Below, in pieces: positions 27,675-42,334 of a DNA stretch of 64,000 bases. The notes below the pieces were generated by a model. That model saw nothing but the letters and a program-made list of their open reading frames with translations, searched no databases and was not told the DNA's origin. Position numbers and translations under genes: made by a program. The stretch is taken from positions 66,712,001 through 66,776,000 of the forward strand of contig NC_042998.1 in assembly GCF_006345805.1 (NCBI RefSeq), written 5' to 3'. How positions within the stretch are numbered: the first letter of the stretch is position 1; every line of letters begins with the position of its first letter. This stretch comes from Octopus sinensis (taxonomy: Eukaryota).

Positions 27675-28452
27675 CTCTACATAGACATTTGAACAGCTAG
27701 AAATAGCTGTTAAATTAAGTCGCAAATAGTGGTTTCCTAAAACGCATGTCCGGTTTTTGTGATGTATTTCTGCATCTATTAGGCATGAAAAGTGAACATG
27801 ATACCATCCTTAGAATAACTTTGATCTTAGACATACTCGAGCAGATTTTAATTTATCTTAAATACCAAAAATAAAGATAATAATTAGATATTATCCATTT
27901 TTACTACGAGCTTCATGACCTTGTCGATACTTGCGTTACTATATCAAGTGTTCCCTGTTCGACGCTGTGAATCTATTATGTACGCATCCAATAGTGAGGC
28001 AGCCGATCAAAGTAGCATATAGATATGAAACAACGTGTAAATGTAAAGAAGTATTTTCGCAATATCTAAGGTAAATAATCAGAAAATTATAAACACATTG
28101 GTAACTGCTTTTCTCAAATGTTTACACGTTTATAAAGTTTAATATGTGAACGTTAATCAGTAAATATGTCTGTATGTGCGCTTTTATCACTTTAAGTTTT
28201 TTATCACTCTAAGTGTTATAAACAAAGTCTAGAATACTTTTGATTACGAAGTAGCCCTCTCTCGAAGAGCTCATCTTTCGGTGAAATTAATTATAACTCA
28301 TAGAAATAATCTCTATAAATAAATTATGGAATTCGGTATATTACGATGCATAAAGCATTCAATTGAAAATCGTATACTTTATATTTCTTTAACATGCTTT
28401 GCATATGAATGTGCGCGTCTGAGTACGTGTTTATGCATCTATTTATCTGTGC

Positions 28453-28597
<145 letters not shown>

Positions 28598-29589
28598 CTA
28601 TCTACCTATCTATGTGTCTGTCTGTGCGTATGCATATGTTTGAGCATAACTATCTATCTATCTATCTATCTATGTGTGCATGTGTCTGTGCGTATGCACA
28701 TGTTTGAGTGTAGGTTACAACAAGATTATTCTTCCAACTTTTGATTTAACTACCACTTTTTATTCACCAATAAATCTTCTTATTGGAACACCACAAATGT
28801 TTTTAATTTAACTTAACCTTAATCCTGTAATAAACATTATAATTCATTTGCCCGTGCATAACTCATCTCTTTGAGACTTACTTTGCGAGCTGATGCTTGA
28901 AATATCACGTTCGTCATTAATGATACCAAGATTCTATAAATTAATATTATATTTTACAAGTTAATCTTGTTATTTTTATGTAACGTGTATACATTTATTG
29001 TTTTAATAGACATATGTAAAACATAAATGTGACTATGTTTACAAGTATATTCAATTTACATACTAATACTTTCAAATTACAACATTATCGATAGTTAACT
29101 ACGTTCAATACAAAATTGTTACCACAATAAGACTAAATAAATGTTTTAAAATGCTTACAAAACGATGTTACAAATGTACAGTTTATCTGGTTCAGCCGAA
29201 ACTTTTCAGTTTATTGTACATATGCGTGTATGAATTTTTGAGCGAAAGTTTCCATATATTTCAATGTATCTACTTGATATATCAATTAGATAGCCAACAA
29301 ATAGCACCATGCCCTTTTCTAAAGGGACAGCTGCATTGTCTAATGTAGTTGCAGATATCGGAATAATCGACAATAAGGACATAGCTGAATTGGTTTTGAT
29401 GAAATCATTGCTAAAACAGAGTTCAGATCGAACAAAATACATTTATTCGAAGTTCCTGTCCAAATCAATAGAATATGATTAAAAAACAACAAAAGTTTAA
29501 CAAAAGAAATGATGCATTGAAATAAAAAACTTCACTGAATGTGGCATTCAAATTTCACTTTGTAGACACCGCATAATTTTACTTACAAA

Positions 29590-30010
29590 ATTTGTCCGTA
29601 GGTCTTCAGTATGGTCGTCATTACAAACATAACATGTATGTCCCTTAGTGGCTGACGATATGCGCATCTCTGATCACGAGCAGAAGTAGTGGGGGGAACA
29701 CCATAGTCGTCTGTTGAAAGTAATTCCTGCGGGTTTGGATAATTCACATTTGGAAACATGGGTGGTTCGTTCAACATCCTTAAACAACTCTTATTCAGAG
29801 ACCTATTGAGCGGGATGGGTTACTCGAACAGAAAAGATTCTAACTGGACCCCTACTGTTTATCTTGATACGAAATCACCATGTCACGTACATATGGTTGT
29901 GACGCATGTGCCTAGTTTACCCTTATCAGACGGGTAAACTGGGCTTTGTATATTTTAGCCCAGTGTCACTTTGATGCCATGCACTGCTCTCTCACTCAAT
30001 AATAAAATAG
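29590..30010 (+). mobile_element. About 500-bp retroposon family with (AAT)n tail, copy 1
   Basis: gtcccttagtggctgacgatatg(c/t)gcatctctgatcacgagcagaagtagtggg...catgcactgctctctcactcaataata, homologous to 33340-33810 (+) and 62170-62700 (-). Confidence 0.8.
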
Positions 30011-30157
30011 TAATGAAACAACGATATTGTGACAAAAAATGAAAGTATGAATAAGGTAGACTCAGATAAAACCGTATGAATCATAATTCCTTTGGCTAAA
30101 CAATTATATGTTAATATAGTTGTATATGTACGTGTATGCGTATCTATATATATATAT

Positions 30158-30219
<62 letters not shown>

Positions 30220-31417
30220 GGAGAGAGAGAGAGAGTACATTATTAGAACAGGAAATAGACATATAGTGTTTCTCGAGTAAGTTTTATCGTACTCGCTTTG
30301 TTTTTTTTTTTCGTATAGAAATAAGTATATGTATATGTACGTATTCATATAGAAGAAAAATGTAGCTATTAAATATGGTTCTTCAAGTGTTATCTCCCCT
30401 GCCTTGCTTATAATTAAATACCATATGTTTTTTAAAATTTCCTCTTCAGGAAAAACATAACGATTTTTTCGCCATAAGCTAAATATATCGAGGAAAGAAT
30501 CATTTTTAAAAACTGTTCTTCAATACGAAATATACCTTATTATATTTTACGACAATCGCGTAAGTGGTCCCCTTTAAATACATCTTTAATCGAGTATATA
30601 CGTATTTCCTAAGGTTCATTTTTAAACATTTATCTATCTGTTCTTAAATAATTAATGCGACACGTAATATGTATATCGTGTATTGATTATTGACTTTTAT
30701 AAAATGCTTAAATGAAAAACTATATAAACTATTAATCAAGCTCACGTGCTAGTACTAACTTCCTATTTACTTAAAAACATAGTAGAAATGACAGATGTCG
30801 GCCAACACATTTTTAAATATGAATTTGAAATAGCATATTGCTCCATATTTGGTATTTCTGAACATACACACACATACATCTGGACCAGTGTTTTCTTTAG
30901 GGAGTTTTTTTCTATATAGAGAAATATATTCGATTTCATAGCAAGGAAACAAAAAATTAAATATTAGATATTTAAACATCCTACTCCTTTAATATTTTAG
31001 TCTCGTTCCAAATAATCGTGAGTGGAAGAAAGAATATACAAATACCTAACTAATAACTAAGAAAAAATTCTAGGTATATTTTTAACGTCTTTTTGTTCAT
31101 TTTTATTTTTTCTTACCTACTGAAGAGTACGAATTCGACCTTTATGATGTTCTCTTTATGGAAGCCTTGGTCTTTTTGTCAGAGACATTTGGCTGGGGAT
31201 AATCCCTTTTAACATCAAATCTGCATCATTTTATTTATATGATGAAATTTATTGAAATTTGTTTCATAAATTAAGTCTTACATTCATTATTTCTTTACAT
31301 ACTGTCATAACTTCGCAAATAACGTACGAGGGAGTGACATTAGAAATCTATGACATTAAAAATGTATGGAAAAACTTCCTATTAAAAGACGATGATAGAT
31401 TCATCGCGATAAATATG

Positions 31418-31448
<31 letters not shown>

Positions 31449-31454
31449 ATATAT

Positions 31455-31557
<103 letters not shown>

Positions 31558-31947
31558 ATATTTTATAATTACGAATATAATTATAATTAAGGTTCAGCAA
31601 AGATTTGCTTTACCACATACCGAAGTTTAGAAATACCAGTCAAAGAACCTACTAAAAGAAGAGACTCCCGGACAAAACAAAATATTCGAAATAACCCACA
31701 CACAGGGAGAGGAAAAAGTATTTATTATATATATAGATAGATAGATTTACATGCGTCCAAACTTCGTAAGTTTTGCAGAGTCCTCTTATGTTATTGTTTT
31801 CTGGGTGGCGGGATTTGATAGCATCATTCTTATACGTGCTTTTGTCCCTGTTATTGGCTCTATTTTCGCATGAGGAACTTTGAAAGATTATATCTATACT
31901 TTATGGCGAGATGTCAGTCCATCAGGTATGGTGGATAAGACAACGTG

Positions 31948-32357
31948 TACTCTTACTCTTTTACTCTTTTACATGTTTCAGTCAATTGACTGCGGTCATG
32001 CTGGAGCACCGTCGAGCAAATCGACCCCGAGACTTATTCTTTGTAAGCCCAGTACTAATTCTATCGGTCTCTTTTTGCCGAAACGCTAAGTGACGGGGAC
32101 GTAAACACACCAGCATCGGTTTTCAAGCAATGCTAGGGGGACAAACACAGACACACAAACATATACACAGACATACACATATATACATACATATATACGA
32201 CAGACTTCTTTCAGTTTCCGTCTACCAAATCCACTCACAGGGCATTGGTCGGCCCGGGGCTATAGCAGAAGACACTTGCCCAAGATGCCTCACAGTCGGA
32301 TTGAACCCGTAGCCATGTGGCGGGTAAGCAAGCTACTTACCACACAGCCACTCCTGT
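31948..32357 (-). mobile_element. tRNA-derived SINE (major family), full length
   Basis: Reverse complement of the 3254 family, from caggagtggctgtgtggtaagtagc to gactgaaacatgtaaaagagtaaaagagt. Confidence 0.9.
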
Positions 32358-32550
32358 TTAGTTACTTTCTTGAAGATATCCACATCCACATTGCATAGGT
32401 CTCCCTATTCTTCTGACAGACCATCGAATATATGTATATATATATATATATGTATGTATGTATGTGTGTATGTATATATATATATATATTGTATATGTAT
32501 ATATATATATATGATATATATATATATATGTGTATATATATATATATGTG

Positions 32551-32586
<36 letters not shown>

Positions 32587-32589
32587 TTG

Positions 32590-32655
<66 letters not shown>

Positions 32656-32730
32656 GTATATGTAGATATTCACATTTGCTTATGTATATATTTATATTTG
32701 TATATGTATATATTTGTATTTGTATGTGTG

Positions 32731-32762
<32 letters not shown>

Positions 32763-32770
32763 CATGTTTG

Positions 32771-32811
<41 letters not shown>

Positions 32812-33236
32812 ATATATATATATATTTATAGTTATATATATGTATTTGTTTATTATTTCTATATGCATGTGCATAGACAAAAAAACATATGTGTGTTTCA
32901 GTGAACGATGAGAAAACGTGAAACGTTGCTTAGAAAAGAATTCAGTTGTGTATAGCTGCCGCATCCGTTGCACACAAAATCCCATTGTCACGCTAACATT
33001 GTGAATGCAGCGATGCATTGAATTACGCATTGAAATTTTGTTACTGATGACGAAATATGAGATACAGAACTGTGGTGATTTGAAATACATTTCATGGGGA
33101 CAATGCCAAAAACAGCAATATTCAAAATCTTTACAGAGTTTTATAGATTTTATAGGCTGAAAAGTCAAAGTGAACTAGGGTTACAATCAAACACCTAAAT
33201 AAATTGGTGCACGTGGATAATAATAACAATAATAAT

Positions 33237-33280
<44 letters not shown>

Positions 33281-33339
33281 CAACAACAACAACAACAACA
33301 ATAAGAAGAATGATAATAGTAATAAAAACAACAATAATA

Positions 33340-33810
33340 AAAACTGATCATAACTGAATGGAAGTGTTATCATGTACATGTTTCGACTTCGCGTAAAAAC
33401 GGGCTACAGTAAATATTCTACTCAATACCGCAGATTTGCATTTCATTTACTTGACATTAACCAAGTGAGCACATCCCCGAATGGCTGCCGATATGTGCAT
33501 CTCTGATCACGAGAAAGAGAAGTGGGAAAACAACATAGCCATATGTTGAGTTTTGGGGTTTGAATAATTGATCTCTGGAATCATTGATGTTTTATTCATC
33601 ATCTTTAAACTAACCTTATTCATGCAGGACGGGCTACTCGACCTCAAGAAAATTATAACTGGACCCCCACCTGCTCTGTTTATCTTGATGTGAGATTACT
33701 ATGTTACGCACATATGTTTTTGTTGCATGTGTCTGGTAGTTTCGATGGAAAGTTATGATTGAGTTTCGTATATTTGCACCCCAGTATCACTTTGACGATA
33801 TGCACTGCTG
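33340..33810 (+). mobile_element. About 500-bp retroposon family, copy 2
   Basis: Homologous to 29590-30010 and 62170-62700. Confidence 0.75.
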
Positions 33811-33869
33811 TGCGGCGAGTGAGAAAAATATTGGCTTGAAAACTGAATGCCCGATACATCATTTTGGCA

Positions 33870-34726
33870 ATAAATTTGGCGCAGTCGCAGTAGTTCGGTA
33901 AGGCTCTGGAATCCTGGAATCGACAGAGAAGGAAATAATGGAAATGGACAGGAAGTCAAGAAAGCTCCTAACGAGGCATGGAGCCCTCACTTATACATGA
34001 AGAGAGCAACTGGAGGAAAAGGTCTGAAAACGCAGAAGACTGTGTATACATCGAACACGAGAGCTTAATGAGATACCTAGCCCAGAGTAAGGAAACCTTG
34101 CTACTGTCAGTTAGGAACGAAGGAGTGTTGTAAACAGAAAAAAGGTAAAACGAAGGAAGTACAAGCAGAACACGAAGAAGTCTTACGCAACGAGGGACTA
34201 CACGACAAATTCCATCTAGCCACAAGAGAATTTTCTGGAAAATTAGGTGGGATCTACTGTAGAAAAGAATACTAAAAAAAGGAGACCATGAGAACTATAC
34301 TGGCAGTGCAGGATCAAGCTGTGGCAACGTACTGGAAGGTTGAATTTTTGGAATGAGGAAGTGTCTCCGCTGTGCCGCATCTGTGACAGAGTAGATGAAA
34401 CAATTGCTCATACCACAAACAAATTCCCTAGACTTTCCGAAAACCACTACAAGTTATAGCGACACGATTCGGTAGCGAAAGTGCTACTTTGGAAACTGTG
34501 CAAAAAGTGGGAGCTAGTGAGAGGCAAGACGTGGTATTAGCAGAAGCAGCAAAGAGTGATGGAGTCGGAGACTTGCAAGATCCTCTGGAAATTTCCCAAT
34601 CCAAATAGATCAGGCACAACATCATAACAGACCGGACCTAGTGGTGGTCGACAAGATACACCACATATGCTATATATTTGATGATGCATGTCCCTTTCAA
34701 CAACGAATAATCAAGAAGAAAGTCGA

Positions 34727-34813
<87 letters not shown>

Positions 34814-35151
34814 CAACCCTCTTAAGTACGAAATACCATGGCTATGGACGATGAAGAACGTGAAGTGTCAAATATTATTGGGTCCTAGTGAACAGTATTA
34901 GAAGTCATCAATAGAAATATCAAGGAAATTGGAATAGAGCGCCCAGTAGAAATGTTACAAACGTTTCCCCTCCTTGGCACGGTCAGAATAATCAGGAAAG
35001 TATTAAATAGCTAAAAACAGCGAATAGCATTATACTGTAAGGTGCATGTAGCAAGCCCGCTACGCATGCAAGACTCCTGGTGCTCCAAGAAAACATGTGA
35101 TAAAAAGAAATAATAATAATAATGATAATAATAATAATAATAATAATAATA

Positions 35152-35197
<46 letters not shown>
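33870..35197 (+). mobile_element. R4/Dong-like (REL-type) LINE, 5'-truncated and degenerate, (AAT)n tail
   Basis: AVAVVRY.SGIL, KKETMRTILAVQDQAVAT, CRICDRVDETIAH, RHDSVAKVLLWKLC, RPDLVVVDK..CYIFDDACPF..KKKVEKIDRY, LLGTVRIIRKVLN, spread across frameshifts. Confidence 0.85.
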
Positions 35198-35202
35198 TAG
35201 AT

Positions 35203-35534
35203 TACAATAATAAACCATACTGTTACGATTATTATTATTATTATTATTATTTAGTAGTTTTATTTTTATAGCGTGCATTCACTTCACTACCGAGCGCAGC
35301 TCTGTGTGCCTTGGGGATGTGCTGTAATTTGTTGTGATGCTCTGATGGTTATTGTATGGAGAGTGTTCTGCGTAGGATGTCACTTTCCATACAATAACCA
35401 TCAGAGCATCACAACAAATCACAGCACATACCCAAGGCACACAGAGCTGCGCTCGGTAGTGAAGTGAATGAACGCTATAAAAATAAAACTACTGAATAAT
35501 AATAATAATCGTAACAGTATGGTTTATTATTGTA
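35203..35534. repeat. Fold-back inverted duplication of a LINE 3' end plus flank (arms about 160 bp, 15-nt loop)
   Basis: 35203-35365 is the reverse complement of 35381-35534. The arms match the LINE 3'UTR at 60710-60800 and also share tacaataataaaccatactgttacga. Confidence 0.9.
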
Positions 35535-35650
35535 GAGTAATTTTTTATCACTATAGCAGAATATTGAAGTATTTGTCTACATTTTAACTTCAGAAGTACG
35601 TAGTAATATTATTGTCATTATAACGTATGTTATTATCTTAATTATTCAAT

Positions 35651-35685
<35 letters not shown>

Positions 35686-35851
35686 ACACACACACACAGA
35701 CACACACACACACACACGCACGCACTCACACACATATATATATATGTATATATATATATACGTATGTATGTAACTGCATAATATATATGTAGATATAAAT
35801 TCATATATAGACATAAATATTTGTTCACATTCATGTACATATGACTGCCAA

Positions 35852-35897
<46 letters not shown>

Positions 35898-37528
35898 AAC
35901 AAAATGTATTTATATATGTATTTGTGTGTGAGTGTTTGTGTTACTGTACACATGAAGTTTTACATATGGGTAGGCATATTCGCCTAAACATATATACATT
36001 AAATACCAACAATCTCACAAATGTGTAAATACGCGCCCACATGCAAACGCAGTTTTGGAAACACCAATTTGAGCTTATTTATGTATGATATAATTTTGCT
36101 GAATATACTTATTAATTCATATAATAATTGTTCTTGGCAACCTTCCAATTTATAAACCTTTCTAGAAAATCAGTTATTTCACAAGTTATACTCGTCTAAA
36201 ACTTTGCTGCGTTCATTTTAATCAATGTAGTATTAATATTTACGTTAACTGTTTCTATAGGTTCCAGTGTGTATTTGAAGCAGCATAGCTAACAACTATA
36301 TTGCATGAATTGTTGCCAGCTAATGTCGTGAGGCTTCAAGTCGCTGAACAACGAAGATTTATGCACACGTACCTCTTTATACAATATTATACGTAGCTTT
36401 TCACTAATACAAAATTAGAAAGAAATGAAAGAATATGTAATGAATTCAAGTAGTTTATACTATTTTCCTCCTTGCATACGTAGTACATACAGGCACACGC
36501 ATATATATGTGTGTGCGTGCGCATGTCTGATTGTGTGTGAGTGTGTACTCTCAATTCTATCATACTGCTCTCATTATTATCTATCTATCTGAGAATCAGT
36601 CTATCTATTCACCTATCTATCTTAATGTGTGTGTATATGTGTGTGCGTATACATACATATACAATTTGGGTAAATTAAAGCAAAATATTTCTATAAGAAT
36701 ATTCGAAATATATTTATCATGCGACAAATTGTTCGACAATGTTTGTTGGAAAAAAACGGAATATTCATTAGAATTTGACTATTAAAAATCTTGAATAAAA
36801 TAACGCAAGGATTTATTGCTATTTGAAACAGCAGTCACCACCCTTAAGCAATCTATAACTTTAGTATCAGAATTAATAGATATTGACCCTCATACAGGTT
36901 TTCTTTTTCTCTTTTAGGTCTTTTTTCACTCTTTTCAGTTTCTGTTTCTCTTCCTCTTGGATTTTGTCTCATTCAGTCTATTCCTAGGACGAATCTTGAC
37001 TTGCGTTTTTCATATCCGCTCGTCATATATCTTTCCTTATGAAGATAAAATTTCTGTAATCCTACTTCTGCGATGGTCTTCTCATCAAACTTCTGAATTC
37101 ATTTACGACACGCATTGTTGTGTTTTTTCGTCAACAAAGCTTTTCTGTGTATATATATATATATATATATATTTCGGTAACAGTGGTTTTTTTTTATAGG
37201 AGACCAAGTTTACAATCCTGTAAATAATAATAATTTTTATATAAGCTTAAAACCATGACTAAGGAAAGTAGTCTAATAAAGGGGCATATAAGGCCTCGAC
37301 AGAAAAGAAGATTCCTTATCATATATATATATGGAAAATAAGACCAGGTAGAAAATTCTAAAATAATTTTATCATGAAGAACATTTCAGTACCGGTTTCA
37401 GACTTTCCGACCCTTTCAACTTAGAGCAAGGCACGAAAAACAATTAAATTATGGAAAAATCAAATGAAATGTTTTATTTTTTTTAATATTTCCAAAGTTT
37501 TCAAATGCAAGGGAAATTTTCCTTTTCA

Positions 37529-37631
<103 letters not shown>

Positions 37632-38001
37632 CTTCAAGCTTATTCTATTGTGTTCATTGTTTAAGACACTCACCGGCTCAATTTCCTCTCATTTAGTTAT
37701 TTATTTTTACTGAAATTTTCATAGCATCTTGCAAACTTTTCAGTAGTCATTGAGTCTCTCTGTTATCAGAGCTGCGTTCTATCTGTTTGTTTGTACGCGT
37801 GTGTGTGCGTCAGTGTGCATGTGTATACACATATGTATGCATGGATTCGTGTATGTGTGTGTATATGCATCTATGTTTGTGTGTATGATTAAATGTATTG
37901 CATATTCATGCGTTTCTGGGTTCATGTTTGTGTTTTATTCGTTCCGCAATGCTCTTAGGAGCGTTGCGGAACGGATAAATGAACATCTAATATAATATGA
38001 C

Positions 38002-38178
38002 GAGAGAAAACAGTCCTCCATACTCTACCAACATGCCAAAGAATACCATGGAAGTGACTTGGGTCAACTTGACATCTGCATCTTATCCAAGCACCCAAAA
38101 GACCCAGCACTCATACAACTACGGGAGTACGTCCTTATAAATAAAACCTCTCCAATACTAAATAGGAAATATACATAG
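38002..38178 (+). mobile_element. Penelope-like element GIY-YIG endonuclease C-terminal fragment
   Basis: ERKQSSILYQHAKEYHGSDLGQLDICILSKHPKDPALIQLREYVLINKTSPILNRKYT*, fitting the PLE pattern S.L..H...H...ILxxx...R...E...I......LN. Confidence 0.65.
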
Positions 38179-38879
38179 TAGATACCATGCCTCCATACCC
38201 ACAGTTTACACAGGTAGAAAAGAATAATTAGTGGACTGTTAGATGTATGTATGTATGTGTGTTGGGGGAGTGTGTGTGTATGCACATTTGTTGTGTGTGT
38301 TGGGGGAGTGTGTGTGTATGCACATTTGTTGTGTGTGTAAGCATATAGATATGAAAATAAATAGATCAACATACAGACGGATAGGTACATAGGTTATAAA
38401 AACAGACAAGCACACATACGCAAATGGAAACTGAAACACATCATGTATACACACACTTTACTCCACACAAGGACACATATGGAGACACGGCCTCTCACAT
38501 ATAAAGATGCACATCCACATATACAAACATGGTATATAGTTGCATAACACATGCACACACAAAGAGTCAGAGGTGCATACATGTACAAACACATGCTCAC
38601 ACACATACATAGAAAATATACAAACACGGACATGCAAGCACATAAATATGCAGGATACATACATAGAGATGCACACACATACATATATACATATGCATAC
38701 ACACACATATATACATACATACACACATACATACGTACATGCATGCATAGGCACACACACACACACATACACTGACGCACACACATGTGCACAAAGAAAC
38801 AAAAGGGAGCGCAGTGTAAATACCGGACAGAGTCAAGGCTATTGAAAATGTTGCAAGAAAATTTTAGGAAAATGAAAAT

Positions 38880-39020
38880 AAGAAATTAGTGGAAAATTTA
38901 CCAGTGAGTGTGTTACATTATAAGGCACATAAAGAAATTGACTCTCCCCAGACACAACAGTATATTTACATATATATATATATATATATACTGTTGTGTC
39001 TGGGGAGAGTCAATTTCTTT
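38880..39020. repeat. Repeat family of 6285-6520, with a short inverted copy across a (TA)n array
   Basis: aaagaaattgactctccccagacacaacagtata-(TA)n-tatactgttgtgtctggggagagtcaatttcttt. Confidence 0.7.
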
Positions 39021-39296
39021 GTATGTATGTATGCATGTATTTATATATAGATATCTATATATATGTGTGTCGGTGTTTACTACACTCTATATTCATTCTG
39101 TTGTACTGAGTTGTATCCTCCTTTTTTGTGTGTACTCAATTTCACTTAGCTTCCTTGGCACCACACACATAATTGTCCTTGAGCACGAGAGACATTCATG
39201 AGGATAGAAGGTCATTATCGATTGCGTTTGTTCTGCACAAGACCTATACCCACAGACACTCTTATCGACGCACGACTCTAAACGAGTGATTCATAA

Positions 39297-39345
<49 letters not shown>

Positions 39346-39736
39346 ACATTTAGACATACGATGTATATAATCATTGTCCTTCATCCACACTCTACAACAT
39401 TTATAAACATACTCAGAAACATACACATATGTATACACACACAGACAATTTTCAATCACATACATCCACTTGAAAGGAATAATATTGATATTCAAAATAC
39501 GCATGAAATGTTTTAAGTGTGTTGCGAGATTCGCTCAGTTAGCTGGTGCAAACAAAATAATCACGCATGCGTATAGTTTATCAGGATATTTTATTTGAAA
39601 CTACTGAATGGGTGGATGCTCATAATCAGGGCTGGGCATATGTGTTATATAAGTGTGTGTGTGTGTGCAAGTGTGTGCGTGTGCAAGTGTGTGTGTGTAC
39701 AAGTGTGTGTGTGTGTGCAAGTGTGTAAGTGTGTGA

Positions 39737-40462
39737 GTGTGTGTGTGTGTGTGAATATGTATCTTCATGAATACTATTGATACAAACACACACACACACA
39801 AAAGTAGCCTTGTGTTAAGAAGCTTGCTTCCCAACCACTTGGTTCCAAGTTCAGCTCTACTATAGCCTCAGGCCGACTGAATCCTTTAGAGAGGATTTGG
39901 GTGATAGAATCTGAAAGAACCCGTCGTATATATATATATATATATATATGTATACATATATACATGTGTTTGTGTGTGTGTGATCATCCACACCACTATC
40001 ACTTGAAAACCGGTGCTCATAGAACAACTGCCAGGCCTTGCTGAACAGACGCTTGCACAAGAGCGTCACTCTGAGATGTCACTCTTCAGCACAAGGTGTA
40101 CAGGCAACACACGTGCGCGCACTGATAAATATATCTGTTCTATAAGGCCTGGCAGTTGTTCTATGAGGACCGGTTTTCAAGCGATAGTGGTGGGGATGAT
40201 CACACACACACACACACACACACTCAAGCACATGTATATATGTATACATATATATATATATATATACGACGGGTTCTTTCAGATTCTATCACCCAATTCC
40301 TCTCTAAAGGATTCAGTCGGCCTGAGGCTATAGTAGAGCTAAACTTGGAATCAAGTTGTTGGGAAGCAAGCTTCTTGACACAAGGCCACGTTTGTGTGTG
40401 CGTGTGTATGTGTGTGTTTGTATCAATAGTATTCATGAAGATACATATTCACACACACACAC
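39737..40462. repeat. Large fold-back inverted duplication (arms about 310 bp, spacer about 85 bp) containing an internally deleted SINE and its flank
   Basis: 39737-40049 and 40134-40462 are reverse complements, including the non-SINE flank gaatatgtatcttcatgaatactattgatacaaac. Confidence 0.9.
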
Positions 40463-41088
40463 ATATATATTATATTATATTATATTATATTCTTGTATTT
40501 ATACATATCAGTTTGTCGCTTTCTCTGTATATATATATTTTTAACTATCTAAGTATGTACGCACGCGTATATATGCAGAAATGCTTGTCACATGATTAGA
40601 ACAATAATTTACTTTCAATCTTTTTGTTCTGTAGAGTGGACTATAGAATGGAAAATGTTCCATGTTCTGATAAATGAGTTATCGCCCAAAGTAGATGAAT
40701 ATCGAGATGTTGGAGCAGAACATGATTCTTTAATGCCTTACAGTTTATAGACCACATTTGTACACACACATAATCACATACACACATCTATGTATGTATA
40801 CACACATACAATCCCACACACAATCTCACGCGCACGTACACATAACCTGACGCACACACTCACACACAGATACATTTATATATATAATCTGCGATCAGCG
40901 ATGTACTTAGAATCACACAATATGCATATGCCGTGGACTTTAAATGATTTTAAATGTTCTTAACACTATACTTCGCGTATCCATCTGAAGAAAACGGTCT
41001 CTTATAATGATAAAATGTACTCATTAATCAATTAAATAATTCTTGAAAATAAAGTAATTAATTGTGACTATCCATCGTTTGGTATATA

Positions 41089-41165
<77 letters not shown>

Positions 41166-41216
41166 TTGGAAATGGATGCGTGGTGTTCGATCATATAGTT
41201 ATATATACATACATAT

Positions 41217-41285
<69 letters not shown>

Positions 41286-41973
41286 ATATATATATATGTG
41301 TATATATATAATTATATATATATGTATCAAACTAAAGTTATTGAACGAACAAATGCAAGCTCATCCGCATATCACTTCATAATTCGAACATTTAATCATA
41401 TAATATACATATAAACATCCCGCAAGATGGAACATAATTCATCTGTACAAGCATACAAGCAAATAATAATAATAAGGTGCGACAAAACAATTTTTTCACA
41501 GTTTAGAGTTAATACTTTAGCGATACAGAAAAATACATTTTTTTTAAAAAAACATTACAACACCTAGAAAGTAAAAATATAATATAAAGTAATATATAAA
41601 AATATATAGGTATATAAAAATATATAAAATATATATATATACATATAGGAGCATATATAATATATATAATATATATCATGTAAATAAAATAAAAGTTCAT
41701 CGTTTAGAAATCTTATTAAATAATTATTCAAGTAAAAGAAACCTTATAGTTAAAAAGGGAACCATATTTACTTATCCCTATGGCCATTTCAGTGGTTTAT
41801 TGTTTAAAGCACTAGGGTGCATCCAGATAATACCTCCGTCGTCAGGGGGAAAAAATATATATACATAATGCTCGGGTAGCCCTTTCTTTTGTGCTATCCG
41901 AGCATGAATGACTCAATAGGAAAGCAAACAGCATTGTGCTGGCTTGCTTGGTACGCGATGGTGTCTATCTTTA

Positions 41974-42020
<47 letters not shown>

Positions 42021-42334
42021 GCACACTCATAACACTCTGAGCACTAAGCCTGATATATTTCGCAAAGGAAAGTATTCACATCTGGAAAAAATTTCAAAAG
42101 TTGTAGAATTAGATATGTATATTCTGTTATGCACATGGATCAGTTAACATAAGTGGAAACATAAAGGTGAACATACAGCCTGAATACACATGAATATTGT
42201 GTCAAAAGAAATACAATATGTATGCATATTTTCCTATAAACACATAGGTGCGAGACTCTAATGACATTAGGCGTTCATTCATGGATTTATATATATTATA
42301 CATATATATATATATATACGTATATGCATATGTG

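Noticed and set aside
29206-29442. Minus ORF (NDFIKTNSAMSLLSII...) as a host exon
   Set aside because: A plausible acceptor exists, but there is no strong donor in a phase compatible with the 26540 exon.
31110-31230. Strong minus-strand donor (GTAG|gtaaga) exon
   Set aside because: All three frames from the nearest acceptors contain stops. It could only be non-coding.
37380-37430. GAAA-CCGG-TA on the minus strand as a further hammerhead
   Set aside because: The upstream core reads TTGAAAG instead of CTGANGA and stems I and II are poor. At best a decayed copy.
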